DNA from: Chrysemys picta bellii
Lineage: Eukaryota
Direction of reading: 5' to 3'
Length of the DNA stretch: 64,000 bases
NCBI RefSeq assembly: GCF_011386835.1
Contig: NC_088812.1
Location: forward strand, 11,842,001 to 11,906,000
Below are positions 50,301-63,599 of the stretch, piece by piece. Numbering within the stretch: position 1 is the stretch's first letter; every line of letters begins with the position of its first letter. The notes under the pieces are model-generated. The model did no database searches. It was not told where the DNA came from and saw only the letters and a list, made by a program, of their open reading frames with translations. The translations under genes and the position numbers were made by a program.

Positions 50301-53300
50301 CAGGACAGCAGCCTGGAGCAAGAGTCCCCATGAACCAATCACGTCTCCAGTAGCATTAATTCACCTACATAACAGACCGAGAATCGGTGCCGAGAAATCC
50401 CGCTCCTCGATGACGGACCAGTGCCAAGAGTTATCACAGCACCGGGCCTGGTCCTGACATAACATGAACGACCCATTAGAGCATAACTATTTCCCAATTG
50501 ATTCATTCGCATTACGGAATTACACGTTAATTACCAGCAAACTGGGTGTGACCCTCTCCTGGCCTCCCTGTGCTACCAGGCCCTTCCTGTACTCCCCACC
50601 TGTTTCTAGGAGGTGTTGCTAGCTGTCTTGTCTTTTGAGTGCAGGACCCAAAACAACTGGAGGACTTGCCAATCCAGCAAGGAGCTCTGCTTTTACACGG
50701 GGTTTGGCTGGCACACAGCTCACTCCAGGATTGGGACCAGAGTCGGTTTCATTTTGGCCCTTTAAAAGAGCCAAGCTGCCTGACGTCAACGGGAGTTGTA
50801 GATACTCAGCCCCTCTGAAAATCAGGCCCCGGGGGGGGGCTCATGTCGGGTTCCCAAAAGCCGTGGCCATTTTTTAACATTTGGCTGCAAAAATCCCATC
50901 CTGAGGGTAGGGTTATTCCTGACCTGCGCTTAGCAGAATTCATTTCATTATAGAAAATAAAGACAAGAAATATGGATGATGGGCCAGATTCGCTCCTGCC
51001 ACAAGCCGGTGCAATTTCAGGCTTCAATTGGGAGCTACCGCTGCATAGACCGTCCGGTCTTTTGTTGTGTGTGTGTACAGCACCTCGCACAGGGGGGCCA
51101 CAACGGGGGCTTTTACTGCGCTACAATTATACGTAATGATCAGCATCAGAACAGAGTTACTCTTGCCAAAGCTCAAACCGCGGCTATCCCTGTACCGCTT
51201 CCTCTCGCTGCTTCTCCCCCTCTTTAGGCCCTGCCTGGTCAGGCCCAATCTGAAATTCCCTTTGAAGCCCGAGGCACCGTCTGAAGGACGCAATCAATTC
51301 CCCGCAGACGCTAATTCCAATCTCTTTGGAGTTGGGAATTTTTGACCAAATTAGCTAATTCCATCGTTTTATCCAATATGCAAATGGCGCAGAGCCTCAG
51401 GGCTGACTCAGAGTCAAATGACCTTTTGCTCCTAGAATTTCCCTTTGATCCAGACAGGAGCCACTTCAAACCTTCGCTGGCTCGCTGCATGAAATCTGAA
51501 GTTTTGACGTATGTGCCATGAAGGGGACCCTCTGTTGCCTACATCATGTTATTTGAAGGCCCCTGCTATTTCCACAGTGAGCGCTGTGTTCTTGGTGAAT
51601 GATGCTGTGTCAGTTACCCCGGGGGTCAGGTCTGATTCCTAGGTAGCCGGGCTCATCTGCATTTCTCCCTAAGCAACCTGGGCCCTTCATCACTTGAAGT
51701 GCGTTGGTGACTCGGTAGGTGGCAGTCTTCCCTTGGAGCTAGCACGGAGGGCTGGATCCTCAGGCATTTAGGCACCTAATTCCCGTTGAAATCCAAGGAG
51801 GGCAGATGGGCAGTGCTGGCTGATGTCAATGGGAGTTAGGCCCTTTGAGGGTCAGTGCACCAGAGATAGATGACAAAGACCCCAGGACACAGTCTGTATT
51901 CGCCTCAGTGCCCTGGCCCGGATCATTATCGTCTGTTTCCTTTTGTCGTTTCAATGGTGTACAATGTTCCTCTTCATTTCCCCACCTGGAATCATTGCAG
52001 CCTTGTCACCGGCTGTTCTACAGCTGCCACGTTCCACCCCAGAGGTGGCTGCATTTCAGTGGCGGGTAGAGAGGCTAGAAAGTGCTAGCAGCTAGAGAAG
52101 GAAGGTAACATTCTTTTATTAACAGGCCCATGGAAAGACGGCAGTGGTGGCACATCTTCCCGCTGCAGAGCGGCTTTCCACGGCTCCCGGCCTCCCCTGA
52201 TTATTAACACAGGCAACAGTCTCAGGTCTAGCTCCCCGCCCTGTGAACCCCCCACTCACACAGCACATACCGACGAATCCATTAGCCACGAATCACTGTC
52301 ACCGGCCCAGGGCCAGGTGAGTAGCCCAGTTTCTAGGGTGGTTGTTTACGGGCCCGATCTAAAGCCTGTGGAAGTGAGTTCCGCTGACTCCAAGGGAGGT
52401 TGGCTCAGATCCGCTACGCCTGCCACTCGCGTTACAGGGGAATCTAGATGCCTCGACTGTGACTGGACCTCGCTGTGCCAGGTGCTGCATAAACATAGGG
52501 GCAGGCTCTCTCCACTAGGCCCTGCTGCCTCCCAGAGGCTCTATCACACGCTGTCTGTTGAGGGGAGAATTCCACCACAGTCAGTCAAACCCGGGCAATG
52601 CCAGCTGGTGACACGGCCTGACACCCCCACCCCCCACACGCCTCAGCATTCCTGGGTCCCACTGAGCCGTCAGCCCCTCGCCCCCCTCCTGCCCCAAGCC
52701 AAGGCGCTCTGCTCTGCCTGTGAGAGGAGAAGCCCCCGGGCGCGGGAATGCCGCATTCCCTCCCTCTCCGTGCACTCGGGCTTCTACCACCCCTCGCCCC
52801 TTCTAAACCAGACCCACCAAGCGTGCCCTTGTGTCCTTCCCCTTCCTGGGCGGGTGGGTGCCAAGCCGGGGCAGGTGGGTGGGCGTATCCTGGAGGGGTG
52901 AGGTTCTGGAACCAACCCACAACCACTCCTTTGGCCCACCCCGACCCCACATCTGCAGGCTCCCGGCGAGCCCAGAGCACACCCCTGGCGGGCTCCTCCC
53001 CGCCCGGCTCGGGGCTGGTTTGGTGGCTTAGCCAAAAGGGGGTGTGTGTCAGAGCTTCTCGGCAGCCCCCGGAAGCCCCCACTCCAGGGTGCAGTATCAC
53101 TGGGTCCCGTAGCACTGGAGCCTGGTGCCTACCAACCGCTCCTGACTTTCGACACAACCGGTCTGCTAGCGGCCCCGTGTCCGCAGCCCTCCCCCAGGGC
53201 CACTACGTGCCAACGCGGGCCCGTCTTCCCATCGCAGGCCCGACACAGCTGCCCCAACGACGCCCCTATTGCCCCTGCGGGGGCCGAGCCAGCGCTGTGT

Positions 53301-54770
53301 ATTCCCACCCCACCTGCACTGGGGCTCGGGGCCCTGGAACCGCTCTGCACCAGCTGCCCACTAGCCTTCCCGGCCGCGGAAACGTGTGAAATCCGGAATC
53401 GGAACAGCCACCCCGGCTCCCCGCGCCAGGAGGGAGTGAGAGAGCGGGCAGGGCTCTGTTCGACCTTCCCTGCCTGCACAGGTGCCAGCTCCGTCCTGCC
53501 CCGGGGTCCGATATTGATGGGGATCCTACAAGGTGCACAAGCTGATGCTTCACGGACCCTCCGCGGCTTCAGCCCACTAGCCAGGGAGGTTTATTAAAAT
53601 GCACGTGCTCCGGCTGCTGAATACGTAACAGCCAGGCCCGCAGGGCTGGACGCAGCCAGTTCCACCCGCCCAGAGAAACGTGCCCAACACGGCTCAGGCC
53701 GGGTCAGAGATCAGCAGTGAGTTAGTGACAGACGCTGGGCGACGGGCTGCCCGGGTGCCCGGGGTTCCAGGCAGGAGGGGGAAGAGCCTAAACTTCTCCT
53801 GCACCAGCAGCTTCCTTCAGCTATTCCAGGGGGAAGGAGCCCCCCGCCCAAACCACCTGCAGCTCTCCTGCTACGAGACAACCAGCCTGTAATCCCCGAG
53901 GCGGCGTCCCTGCACCCCACCGCAGAGAGCCCCCGGGGTCTCAATCCCCCACCCAGCCCCAAACTCACAAGCCCTTACACCTTCGCAGGGAGCAAGCTGT
54001 GGCAGGCGCCGGTGCCAGGCGCCGGTGCCAAGCGGGGCTGTGCCCAGCGGGGCGGTGATGGGGCTGAGTGAGAAACACTTGATCAGCCCCAATCTAGGGG
54101 AATGGACTGGGACTGGCTGGATAGCCCTGCGTCTGCCTGTGTTAGCCAGGGCTGGAAAGAGGCTAGAGGGAGTGGGGAAGAGAAAGGCCAGGCACAGAGG
54201 GAGCTGGGAGCCTTCTGGCCTGTTGCTGGCCAGGCCTGCACCTGGCAAAGTTGGCTGCGAAACCTGCACCTAGGTGGAAAGCGGTGAAAGCAGAGGGGCC
54301 CAGCGTCCGAGTCCGATCTCCCAGGGAGCCGGGTTTAAAGACGGCTGCTTTCCCGACATTGCAGCCTCATGCTAGGGCAAGAGAGCCAGGAGCCAGGGCA
54401 CTGGAGAGACAAGCAGCACCAAGAGCTGATGAGCCGGTTCTGGGGATGGGCGGGGGGGATCCCCACTTTCTGCTTTGATTAGACCTGAGCCCAAGGAAAT
54501 TCTGAGATGTTGACAGTTGTTTGCATCCCGAATCAGACCAAAACGTTGAAATAAAAAACAAACAAACCGTGGAACGGAAAGTTCTGAAACATCTCAATCT
54601 GGAAACATTAAGCCATCGTGTTTCGCCACCGAGCCATGTCCCACCCCAGCTGCTGCAATGCCTCAAGGGAGGGGTAGTCTGGGTGCCTTGTGCCCCATTC
54701 TCCTCTATGGGACAAGCTCCCCAGATGGACTACGCCTCCCATGATGCACCATGGTGCATCTTTGGAGGCG

Positions 54771-56285
54771 TACATAAGAACAGCCATCCTATGTCAGACC
54801 AATGGTCCATCTAGCCCAGTCTCCTGTCTTCCAGCTGAGGCCAGTGCCAGGTGACTCAGGGAATGAACAGAGCAGGGCACTTAGTGAGTGATCCATCCCC
54901 AGTCATTCAGGCCCAGCTTCCGGCAGTCAGGGGCTAGGGACACCCAGAGCCCGGGGTTGCATCCTTGAGCATCTGGGCTAATAGCCGTTGATGGACCCAT
55001 CCTCCATGAACTTTATCTAGTTCTTTTTTTAACCCAGTTATACTTTGTCCTTCACCACATCCCCTGGCAAGGAGTTCCACAGGCCGACTGGGTGTTGGGT
55101 GAAGAAATACTTCCTGATGTTTATTTTTAAAACTGCTGCCTATTCATTTTATTGAGGGACTCTGGTTCTTGTGCAATGCAAAGGGGCAAATAACACTTCC
55201 TTATTACCTGTCTCCACCCCACTCATTTTATAGACCTCTCTCATATCCCTCCACAGTCATTTTTCTAAACAGAACAGGCCCAGGCTTTTGAATCTCTCCT
55301 CGGATGGAAGCTGTTCCATCCCCCTCATCAGTTTTGTTGCCCTTCTCTAACATATCCTTTTTTTGAGATGGGGGATCGGCACTGCACACCGTGTTCAAGG
55401 TGTGGACCTACGCTGGATTTATATGGGGGCATTATATTTTCTGTATTCTCTAACCCCTGTGCTAATGTTGTGTTTGCTTTTTTGACGGCCGGTGCACCCT
55501 GAGTGGATGTTTTCAGAGAACTATCCACAATGACTCCAAGATCTCCTTCTTGAGTGGTAACAGCTCATTCAGACCCCGTCATTTGATATGTAGAGTTGGG
55601 ATGATGTTTTCCAATGTGCATTACTTTGCATTTATCAACATTGAATTTCATCTGCTATTTTCTTCCCTAGCCAGTGCCTCCGAGTTTTGTGAGATCCCTT
55701 TGTAACTCTTTGCCACCAGCTTTGGACTTAACTACCTTAAGTCATTGTGTAGCAGCTGCAAACTTTGCCACCTCACTGTTTATGCCTTTTTCCAGATCAT
55801 TTTATGAAGATGTTGAACGGCGCTAGTCCCAGTACAGATCCTTGGGGACCCTGCTATTTACCTCTCCCCACTGTCAAAACTGACCATTTAGTCCTATCCT
55901 TTGTTTCATTGTTTAACCTGTTACCGATCTGTGAGAGCACCTTCCCTCTTATCCTATGACTCCTTACTTTGCTTAAGACCCTTTGGTGAGGGACCTTGGC
56001 AAGGGCTTTCTGAAAGTCCAAGTAAACTGTATCAACACATTTGTTGACCCCCTCGAAGAATTCTAGTAGATTGGTGAGGCAGGATTTCCCTTTACATAAG
56101 CCATGTTGACTCTTCCCCAACATATCATGTCTGATAATTCTGTTCTTTACTATAGTTTCAACCAGTTTGCCTGGTACTGATGTTAGACTTACCGGCCTGT
56201 AATTGCCAGGATCGCCGCTGGAGCCTTTTTTAAAAATCAGCATCACATTAGCTACCCTCCGAGCATCTGGTCCCGAGGCTGATTT
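54771..56285 (-). mobile_element. Decayed CR1 LINE
   Basis: Minus frames give WRVANVMLIFKKGSSGDPGNYRPVSLTSVPGKLVET...GKSCLTNLLEFFE...YLDFQKALAKVPH. 3' end reads cataagaacagccatcc on +. Confidence 0.88.
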
Positions 56286-57918
56286 CAGCAATTGCTCACA
56301 TACCCCGGTGAGTCGTTCTGAGGCAGCTGGGCCATAGAGAATGGGGTCTGAGGCACCAAAAATCACAACAAGCAGGAGGCAGTGCTCACCTGGGTGCAGA
56401 TTCATGCGGAACTAACCTGCAACGAACCATCGCAGGAGAGCTGACAAACCAGACGGGTCAGAGTCAGGTTGGCCTCAGACAAAAGATTTATTTAAAAATT
56501 TTCTCAAACAGAAAATTGAAAAATGTCAGGGGAAAAAACCTGAAATTTTCCTGGGGAAAATAGTTTTACTCTGGGGGAAGCCGCACATTCTGGTGGAGAA
56601 TCTCTGGCCAGCATACAGCTTATGGCTTTGAACATCTCAGCAGACTGACTAGCCGAGAAAGCCACTGACCACAGCACAGGGGACATTTCTGTAGCATTTT
56701 CCTAGTGGGGGGAAATCAGAGGATCTCTCGATCCCAGCCCCGGAGGCAGATGGCACCAGCAGAGCCAGGCTAGGCAGCATGGCTGTGGTGGTTTGATCCG
56801 TTTAGAAATCGGAACATTCCCCTGCCCAGGACACGAGGTCGTCAGACTCATGCTCAGCTCCTGCTGCGAGGAGAACTTCCACCCCAGGCAACGGTTAACC
56901 CCCCGAAGCCACGGGGGGCAGCCAGCTGCCCTGTAAATGAAGGAGACGAGTCCATAAACGCGGCACAATCTTTACAGCCGCCTGTGTCTGACACTTCCCC
57001 ACGGCCGTAAAGCAATCGGACTTTGGCACAGCCCGGAACAGCACCGGGGATGGGACGGGAAGAGCCAAGGTGTTTGCCCCGCGCCGCGGGGGGAGCCCAG
57101 AGCCAAGACGCAGTGGATCGGTCGGCGAACAGGCCAGCTCCGCGGCAGGAGGGAGGCGAGGGCTGGGGCAGCGCCGGGGAGCAGAGGATGAACGGGCTCT
57201 GAACCAGAAGGCACGTCGTGCTAAAGGCAGGCGGAGGGCACAGGCCGGCACGTGCACTAAGGGCAGGTGGGGAGAAGGGGATGGCTGCCGGCGGGGGGGG
57301 GTGGGGGGGGAGGTGGATTTTACGCTGGGTTAATGGGGGCGACATGGGCAGGAATAACAGCACCAGCGGGAGAACTGGGCGCTGCCGTCCTGGCCCCAGG
57401 CCAGGAACAGCTTCCTCTCCCTGCCCCCGCCCATGCCAGCCTGCCCCAGCCCGCGCTGGGGGGGACCTGCCTCCAGGGATAAGCTCCAGCCCCGCAGCCC
57501 GGTCCAGGCCGGGGCCGCCAGCACAGGGCCGCTTGGGGCCAGCTGGAATGGTATTTCAGTGCTAAGGCCCCTCTCCCCCGTCCTGGTGGGAACTAGGCTG
57601 AGACTCACCAAACTCATCTCACCAAGGGCCCCACCCTGGGGCCAGCCCATCTGTCCCCCCTGCCTCCTCCCTGAGCAGCAGGCCAGGCCCACAGGAAGGA
57701 AGCCCTGGAGGGGCCGGGGGGGGGTGTCCCTGAACCAGCCTCTCCAAGCTCCCCCTGGGGCTGGGTGGATCCGTTTCAGGGACTCCCTCCCCAACTCAGC
57801 CACCCCTCTCCATCCATCGGGGGGGGGGGGGGCCTGCATGTCTCCCCTGCCCCCCACTCTCCTCTGTGCTGCCGCAGGCCATTGGCGCCCACTGAGCGGC
57901 CGGGACCTGCCCCCCCCG

Positions 57919-60900
57919 TTAATCCTCGGCCAGGGTGACGGTGACGCGGTGCCAGGCGTTGCTCAGCACCCCCCGCAGGTTCCAGATGGGCTCCACCGTG
58001 TCGGGCTGCACGTTGTAGCTGGCGTCCACGGCCTTGCAGACAATGTCCAGCTCCGTGGCGCCGGGGGGAACGGGGGCCGTGAGCTGCCACAGGCGCCAGG
58101 CCCAGGCCCGGCCCGGCTGCTGCTCCTCGCCCGTCAGCTCGGCCACGCGCCACGTCCGGCCGCCGTCCAGCGAGACGTCCACGCGCACCACGCCGCGCCC
58201 GCCCCCGCTCCAGGCGTAGCCCTTGACCGTCAGCTCCCCGGGCGGGACGGTGGCCCCCGGCGCGGGGTCCGTGATGGCCGACTGGACGGGCAGCTCCTGG
58301 ATGGCGGGGGCCGTGGTGAAATCCACCGTGTCCCAGTCCACGGCGGGCGAGAAGCCCTTGTAGTCGTTCTGCTGCCAGTGGCTTGGGCTCTCCTCCGGGC
58401 TCACGGAGACCCGGCCCAGCCACTTGACGTTGCGGGCGCCCACCACGCCCGGCACCACCACCCGCAGCGGGTAGCCGTGGTCCCGTGGCAGCTCCTCGCC
58501 GTTCATCTCGTAGGCCAGCAGCACGTCGGCCCCGCGGCCCATGGCCGTGCGGTAAGGGATGGAGGCTCCGTAGGCCACCCCGCTCAGGTCCTTATCCAGG
58601 CCCTCAAAGCAGACGTGCTGCTCACCGGCCTCCCCCTCCTCCTCCCTGTAGCCGGCGTGCGCCAGGACATCCCGGAGCCGGACACCGCCCCAGCGGGCCG
58701 TGCTGATGGCCGCCACCCCCCACTCCAGCCCCTTCACCTGCCGGACGCGGCTCATCTCCGAGCGGCGGTTCCCGGCGCACTGCAGGGTGACCGTCACCTC
58801 GTGCTTGGGGAAGCGGCGCTTGAGCTCGGGCAGCGAGAGCGCCAGCACGCGGCCCCCCGGCCCCTCCACCTGCAGCCGGTAGCTGGCGGCGTCCACGGCC
58901 GGCACTGGGAGGTGGTTGCGTTTGAAGAAGAGCTGGTTGGGCGTCAGGTAGTTCTCGGTCAGCAGCTCGGCCGGCGGCTCCGCGTTGAAGGGCTTGAGGC
59001 TGTTGACTTGGAGGGCGGGGTGCCGAGGGGGGTCCCCAGAGTAGGGGTCCCCCTGGGTGGCCTGGCTCTGCTCCTCGGGGCTCAGCTCCCCCACCTTGTA
59101 GGCCTGCAGGATCTCCAGCACGTGCGCCTGGCTGTGCACGGCGTACATGGCCCAGAAGGGCTCCAGGGCGCCCCCCGCCGCCAGCAGGACCTTGCTCTTG
59201 CCCCCCGGGTGCAGCTCCACGAAGTCGGTGATGTCGAAGACCTCGCGGCCGTAGGTCACCCAGACCCGCTCGGCCAGGCTGCGGTGTCGCCCCACCTCCT
59301 GGCGGGTGAACACGGGGTACGGCGCCCCGGGCGCGGCCTCAGCCTTCGGCTCGGCCTCCGCCGCCTGCAGGGACAAGGAGAGGGGCTCGAGGTGCATCCG
59401 CCAACATCCACGCAGGCCTCCGAGGGCCTCACCCGCCTCGGGGGGGAAGGGATGCACCCCAGGCTACGCAGCACCTCAGGGGCAGAACTGGGAGCGGAAC
59501 CAGGAATCCTGGCTCCCAGACCCCTCCCTGCTCTAACCACTAGACCCCATTCCCCTCCCAGAGCTGGGGAGAGAACCCAGGAGTCCTGGTTCCCAGCCCC
59601 CCCCGCTCTAACCACTAGATCCCACTCCCCTCCCGGAGCTGGGAGAGAACCCAGGAGTCCTGGCTCCCAGCCCCCCCTGCTCTAACCATTAGACCCCACT
59701 CCCCTCCCAGAGATGGGAGAGAACCCAGGAGTCCTGGTTCCCAGCCCCCTCCCACTGTAACCACTAGACCATGCCTCCTTCCCCAAGATGCCCATCCAGC
59801 TCTCATGCCACCTTTGTGCCCTGAGGCAGAGAGCTGAGCACTCCAGGGAGGCTCTGGGGAGCCGCCGATCCCATGACGCTGGTCCCAGCTCCCTCACCCG
59901 CCTGCGGTGATCTCCGTAGGCCAGGCCGGCGCCCAGGCCCAGCAGAGCCCCCACGGCCATGACCTTCCGTCTCCGGCTGCCGTCGCCCGGGCTCCAGGTG
60001 CCATGAGTGCGGGAGGGGGTCCAGGCAGTGCAGGCTTGGGGGTGGGACCCCCAGGCCACAGCTGCCAACCTGGGGGAGAAACCAGGACTCCAGTGAGGGC
60101 AAAAATCCCCCAGCAACCTCCCTGCCATCTACAGGACACCCAGGGCACCAGCCCAGCACGTCCTGCTCGCCTGCCATCTACCGGCTGTGCAGCAGGGGGC
60201 GCTCTCTGCACAGGGCTGACCCCACTGCGGCACTAGGGGGCGCTGTGCTGCAGGGTGGGGCTCAGCAAGGGGCGCTTTGCCCCTCCCCCGCATTCCTGGC
60301 CCGCTTCCAACCCAGCCTCCCTAAAATAATACCTGTAATTTCAGCCCGACCCGGGAGTCCTGTTCACGTCCTTTGCTAGGCGACTGTGCGGCTGTTAAAC
60401 AGTTGCCACCTGCCACCCCAGAGGTGGCTGCATTTCAGCCTCCAGCCCCTGGGCTCCCTCTGGCACCTGAACGGTTCCCGGCCCTGGACTCCTTCCCAGG
60501 CCAGCAGCCGGTGGAACATTAACCCAGAGTTCCCCTACCACAGGTCTGATAAGATAACGCCAGCCATCGAGCCATAAAGGGATCTCCCCTGCCAGATAAA
60601 ACTCGCCTGCTCTCTCGCTGGGGCTGCGGCTGAGAGCGTCTGCAGGGGGCAGAGATTAGATTAGAGCCGCTGGGGGATTCTGCAAAACCCTGGCAAGGTG
60701 TCAAAGTGGCAGCTGCCCTAAAGAGAATCCCAAAGGAACTTCACGCTAGCTCCCTCCTCGCCTTTTCCCTTTGCAGTCCCAGGGGCTGCGGGTGGGAGTG
60801 AGGGGCACCGGCAGAGCTGGGGGGGAGCCCGGGGCTGGGCTAGCAGGGGGCTGGGCAGTGAGGGGCACCGGCAGAGCTGGGAAGGGGGGGGAAGAGCAGG

Positions 60901-62460
60901 GCTGGGGGAGCAGGGGGCTGGGCAGTGAGAGGCACCGGCAGAGCTGGGGGGGGGGGGGGGGAAGCGCAGGGCTGGGGGAGCAGGGGGCTGGGCAGTGAGG
61001 GGCACCAGCAGAGCTGGGAAGGGGGGAAGCGCAGGGCTGGGCGAGCAGGGGGCTGGGCAGTGAGGGGCACCGGCAGAGCTGGGGAGGGGGGGAAGCGCAG
61101 GGCTGGGGGAGCAGGGGGCTGGGCAGTGAGGGGCACCGGCAGAGCTGGGGAGGGGGGGAAGCGCAGGGCTGGGGGAGCAGGGGGCTGGGCAGTGAGGGGC
61201 ACCGGCAGAGCTGGGTAGGGGGGGAAGAGCTGGGCTGGGGGAGCAGGGGGCTGGGCAGTGAGAGGCACCGGCAGAGCTGGGAAGGGGGGGAAGCGCAGGG
61301 CTGGGGGAGCAGGGGGCTGGGCAGTGAGGGGCACCGGCAGAGCTGGGAAGGGGGGGAAGCGCAGGGCTGGGGGAGCAGGGGGCTGGGCAGTGAGAGGCAC
61401 CGGCAGAGCTGGGAAGGGGGGGGAAGCACAGGGCTGGGGGAGCAGGGGGCTGGGCAGTGAGAGGCACCGGCAGAGCTGGGTAGGGGGGGGAAGCACAGGG
61501 CTGGGGGAGCAGGGGGCTGGGCAGTGAGAGGCACCGGCAGAGCTGGGTAGGGGGGGGAAGCACAGGGCTGGGGGAGCAGGGGGCTGGGCAGTGAGGGGCA
61601 CCGGCAGAGCTGGGAAGGGGGGAAGCGCAGGGCTGGGGGAGCAGGGGGCTGGGCAGTGAGGGGGCACCGGCAGAGCTGGGGAGGGGGGGAAGCGCAGGGC
61701 TGGGGGAGCAGGGGGCTGGGCAGTGAGGGGCACCGGCAGAGCTGGGTAGGGGGGGAAGAGCAGGGCTGGGGGAGCAGGGGGCTGGGCAGTGAGGGGCACC
61801 GGCAGAGCTGGGAAGGGGGGGGGGGAAGCACAGGGCTGGGGGAGCAGGGGCTGGGCAGTGAGGGGCACCGGCAGAGCTGGGAAGGGGGGGAAGCACAGGG
61901 CTGGGGGAGCAGGGGGCTGGGCAGTGAGGGGCACCGGCAGAGCTGGGAAGGGGGGGAAGAGCTGGGCTGGGGGAGCAGGGGGCTGGGCAGTGAGGGGCAC
62001 CGGCAGAGCTGGGAAGGGGGGGAAGAGCTGGGCTGGGGGAGCAGGGGGCTGGGCAGTGAGGGGCACCGGCAGAGCTGGGAAGGGCAGGAAGAGCAGGGCT
62101 GGGGGAGCAGGGGGCTGGGCAGTGAGGGGGCACCGGCAGAGCTGGGTAGGGGGGGAAGCGCAGGGCTGGGGGAGCAGGGGGCTGGGCAGTGAGGGGCACC
62201 GGCAGAGCTGGGTAGGGGGGGGAAGAGCTGGGCTGGGGGAGCAGGGGCTGGGCAGTAAGGGGCGCCGGCAGAGCTGCGGGAGGCAGGAACTGGGCTAGCA
62301 GGGGGCTGCAGGGCAGGGGTGAGGTTCACCAGCGAAGTGGTGTTGGGGGGCCCAGGACTGGCCCAGCAGGGGAGCTGCAGTGGTTTCTGCAGACCCTCTC
62401 ATACCTGGGCGTTCTCTGGAGGACCCAGCGTCCTCTCACGATGGGTCGGAGCAGCAGCAT
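57919..62460 (-). CDS. SUOX: Sulfite oxidase, mitochondrial: complement(join(57919..59364,59898..60069,62405..62460)), 557 aa
   Basis: Transit peptide begins [11 protein letters not shown]. Cytochrome b5 domain ([22 protein letters not shown]), Mo-cofactor domain ([10 protein letters not shown]...[12 protein letters not shown]) and dimerisation domain ([19 protein letters not shown]...[15 protein letters not shown]) follow. Exons of 56+172+1446 nt are in phase with GT-AG introns. Confidence 0.94.
59490..59772 (-). repeat. SINE-head tandem array, about 4 copies, in a SUOX intron
   Basis: Units ctctaaccactagaccccactcccctcccagagctgggagagaacccaggagtcctggctcccagccccc. Confidence 0.85.
60797..62275. 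repeat. G-rich minisatellite of about 63 bp, about 24 copies, in the SUOX intron between coding exons 1 and 2
   Basis: Unit gaggggcaccggcagagctgggaagggggggaagcgcagggctgggggagcagggggctgggcagt. Confidence 0.95.
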
Positions 62461-62609
62461 CTCTGCCGGACCTGTGCAGGGAACGAAAGAACAAGAGATA
62501 AACGACCTCGTCTCCGACCCACGAACCCCAGAGCCGCCCGAGCAGGCAAGGCAGGACCAGTCCCTCGGGGGGCGGGGTAAGACACGCAGCAGCTTCCTCC
62601 TCCCAGGTG

Positions 62610-63109
62610 NNNNNNNNNNNNNNNNNNNNNNNNNNNNNNNNNNNNNNNNNNNNNNNNNNNNNNNNNNNNNNNNNNNNNNNNNNNNNNNNNNNNNNNNNNN
62701 NNNNNNNNNNNNNNNNNNNNNNNNNNNNNNNNNNNNNNNNNNNNNNNNNNNNNNNNNNNNNNNNNNNNNNNNNNNNNNNNNNNNNNNNNNNNNNNNNNNN
62801 NNNNNNNNNNNNNNNNNNNNNNNNNNNNNNNNNNNNNNNNNNNNNNNNNNNNNNNNNNNNNNNNNNNNNNNNNNNNNNNNNNNNNNNNNNNNNNNNNNNN
62901 NNNNNNNNNNNNNNNNNNNNNNNNNNNNNNNNNNNNNNNNNNNNNNNNNNNNNNNNNNNNNNNNNNNNNNNNNNNNNNNNNNNNNNNNNNNNNNNNNNNN
63001 NNNNNNNNNNNNNNNNNNNNNNNNNNNNNNNNNNNNNNNNNNNNNNNNNNNNNNNNNNNNNNNNNNNNNNNNNNNNNNNNNNNNNNNNNNNNNNNNNNNN
63101 NNNNNNNNN
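62610..63109. other. Assembly gap (500 N)
   Basis: Run of exactly 500 N. Confidence 1.
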
Positions 63110-63599
63110 TGCACACACACAGTCCAGCACTCCACTGCACTGCACCCCCTCACTGCACGGCACCTCCCCAGTGTGCATTGTACACACACTGCACACACAC
63201 AGTCCAGCACTCCACCACACTGCACCCACACTGCACCCCCTCACTGCACCACACATCCCCCCCCCCCACTGTCACCTGTCACGCAGTCCTCTTCACGCCT
63301 CCCTCTGGCTCTGACCCCAGCTCTCTCCTCTTCGGCTTCCCTGACACTGGCTTTTGTTCACCAGAACTTCAGGGCTTCCCTCAGTCGTTCGCTCTTTTAA
63401 TTTCCCCATTCACCCCTTCACCTCTGCACTCACCTCCTGGCCCACATGCTGCCTAACTTATCTAACCTGTCAATCCCCCCCACACACACACACAGCTCCT
63501 GTATCTATCCACCCATCCATCCCCAGACCCCCCCCTCTGTCTGTCTGTCTGTCTGCCCCCCCCCGTCCATCCAGTGCCAGCATCCCGCTCCCAGCTGAG

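Noticed and set aside
52100-54300. Possible small minus-strand gene (AATAAA near 52115 and 53590; exon-like segment at about 53977-54065)
   Set aside because: The translations are unrecognisable and splice-like signals alone are insufficient.
57433-59685. 750-aa plus-strand ORF
   Set aside because: It is the antisense shadow of the GC3-rich SUOX exon.
60718-62329. 400-530-aa Pro/Ser-rich ORFs
   Set aside because: They are translations of the 63-bp repeat within a SUOX intron.
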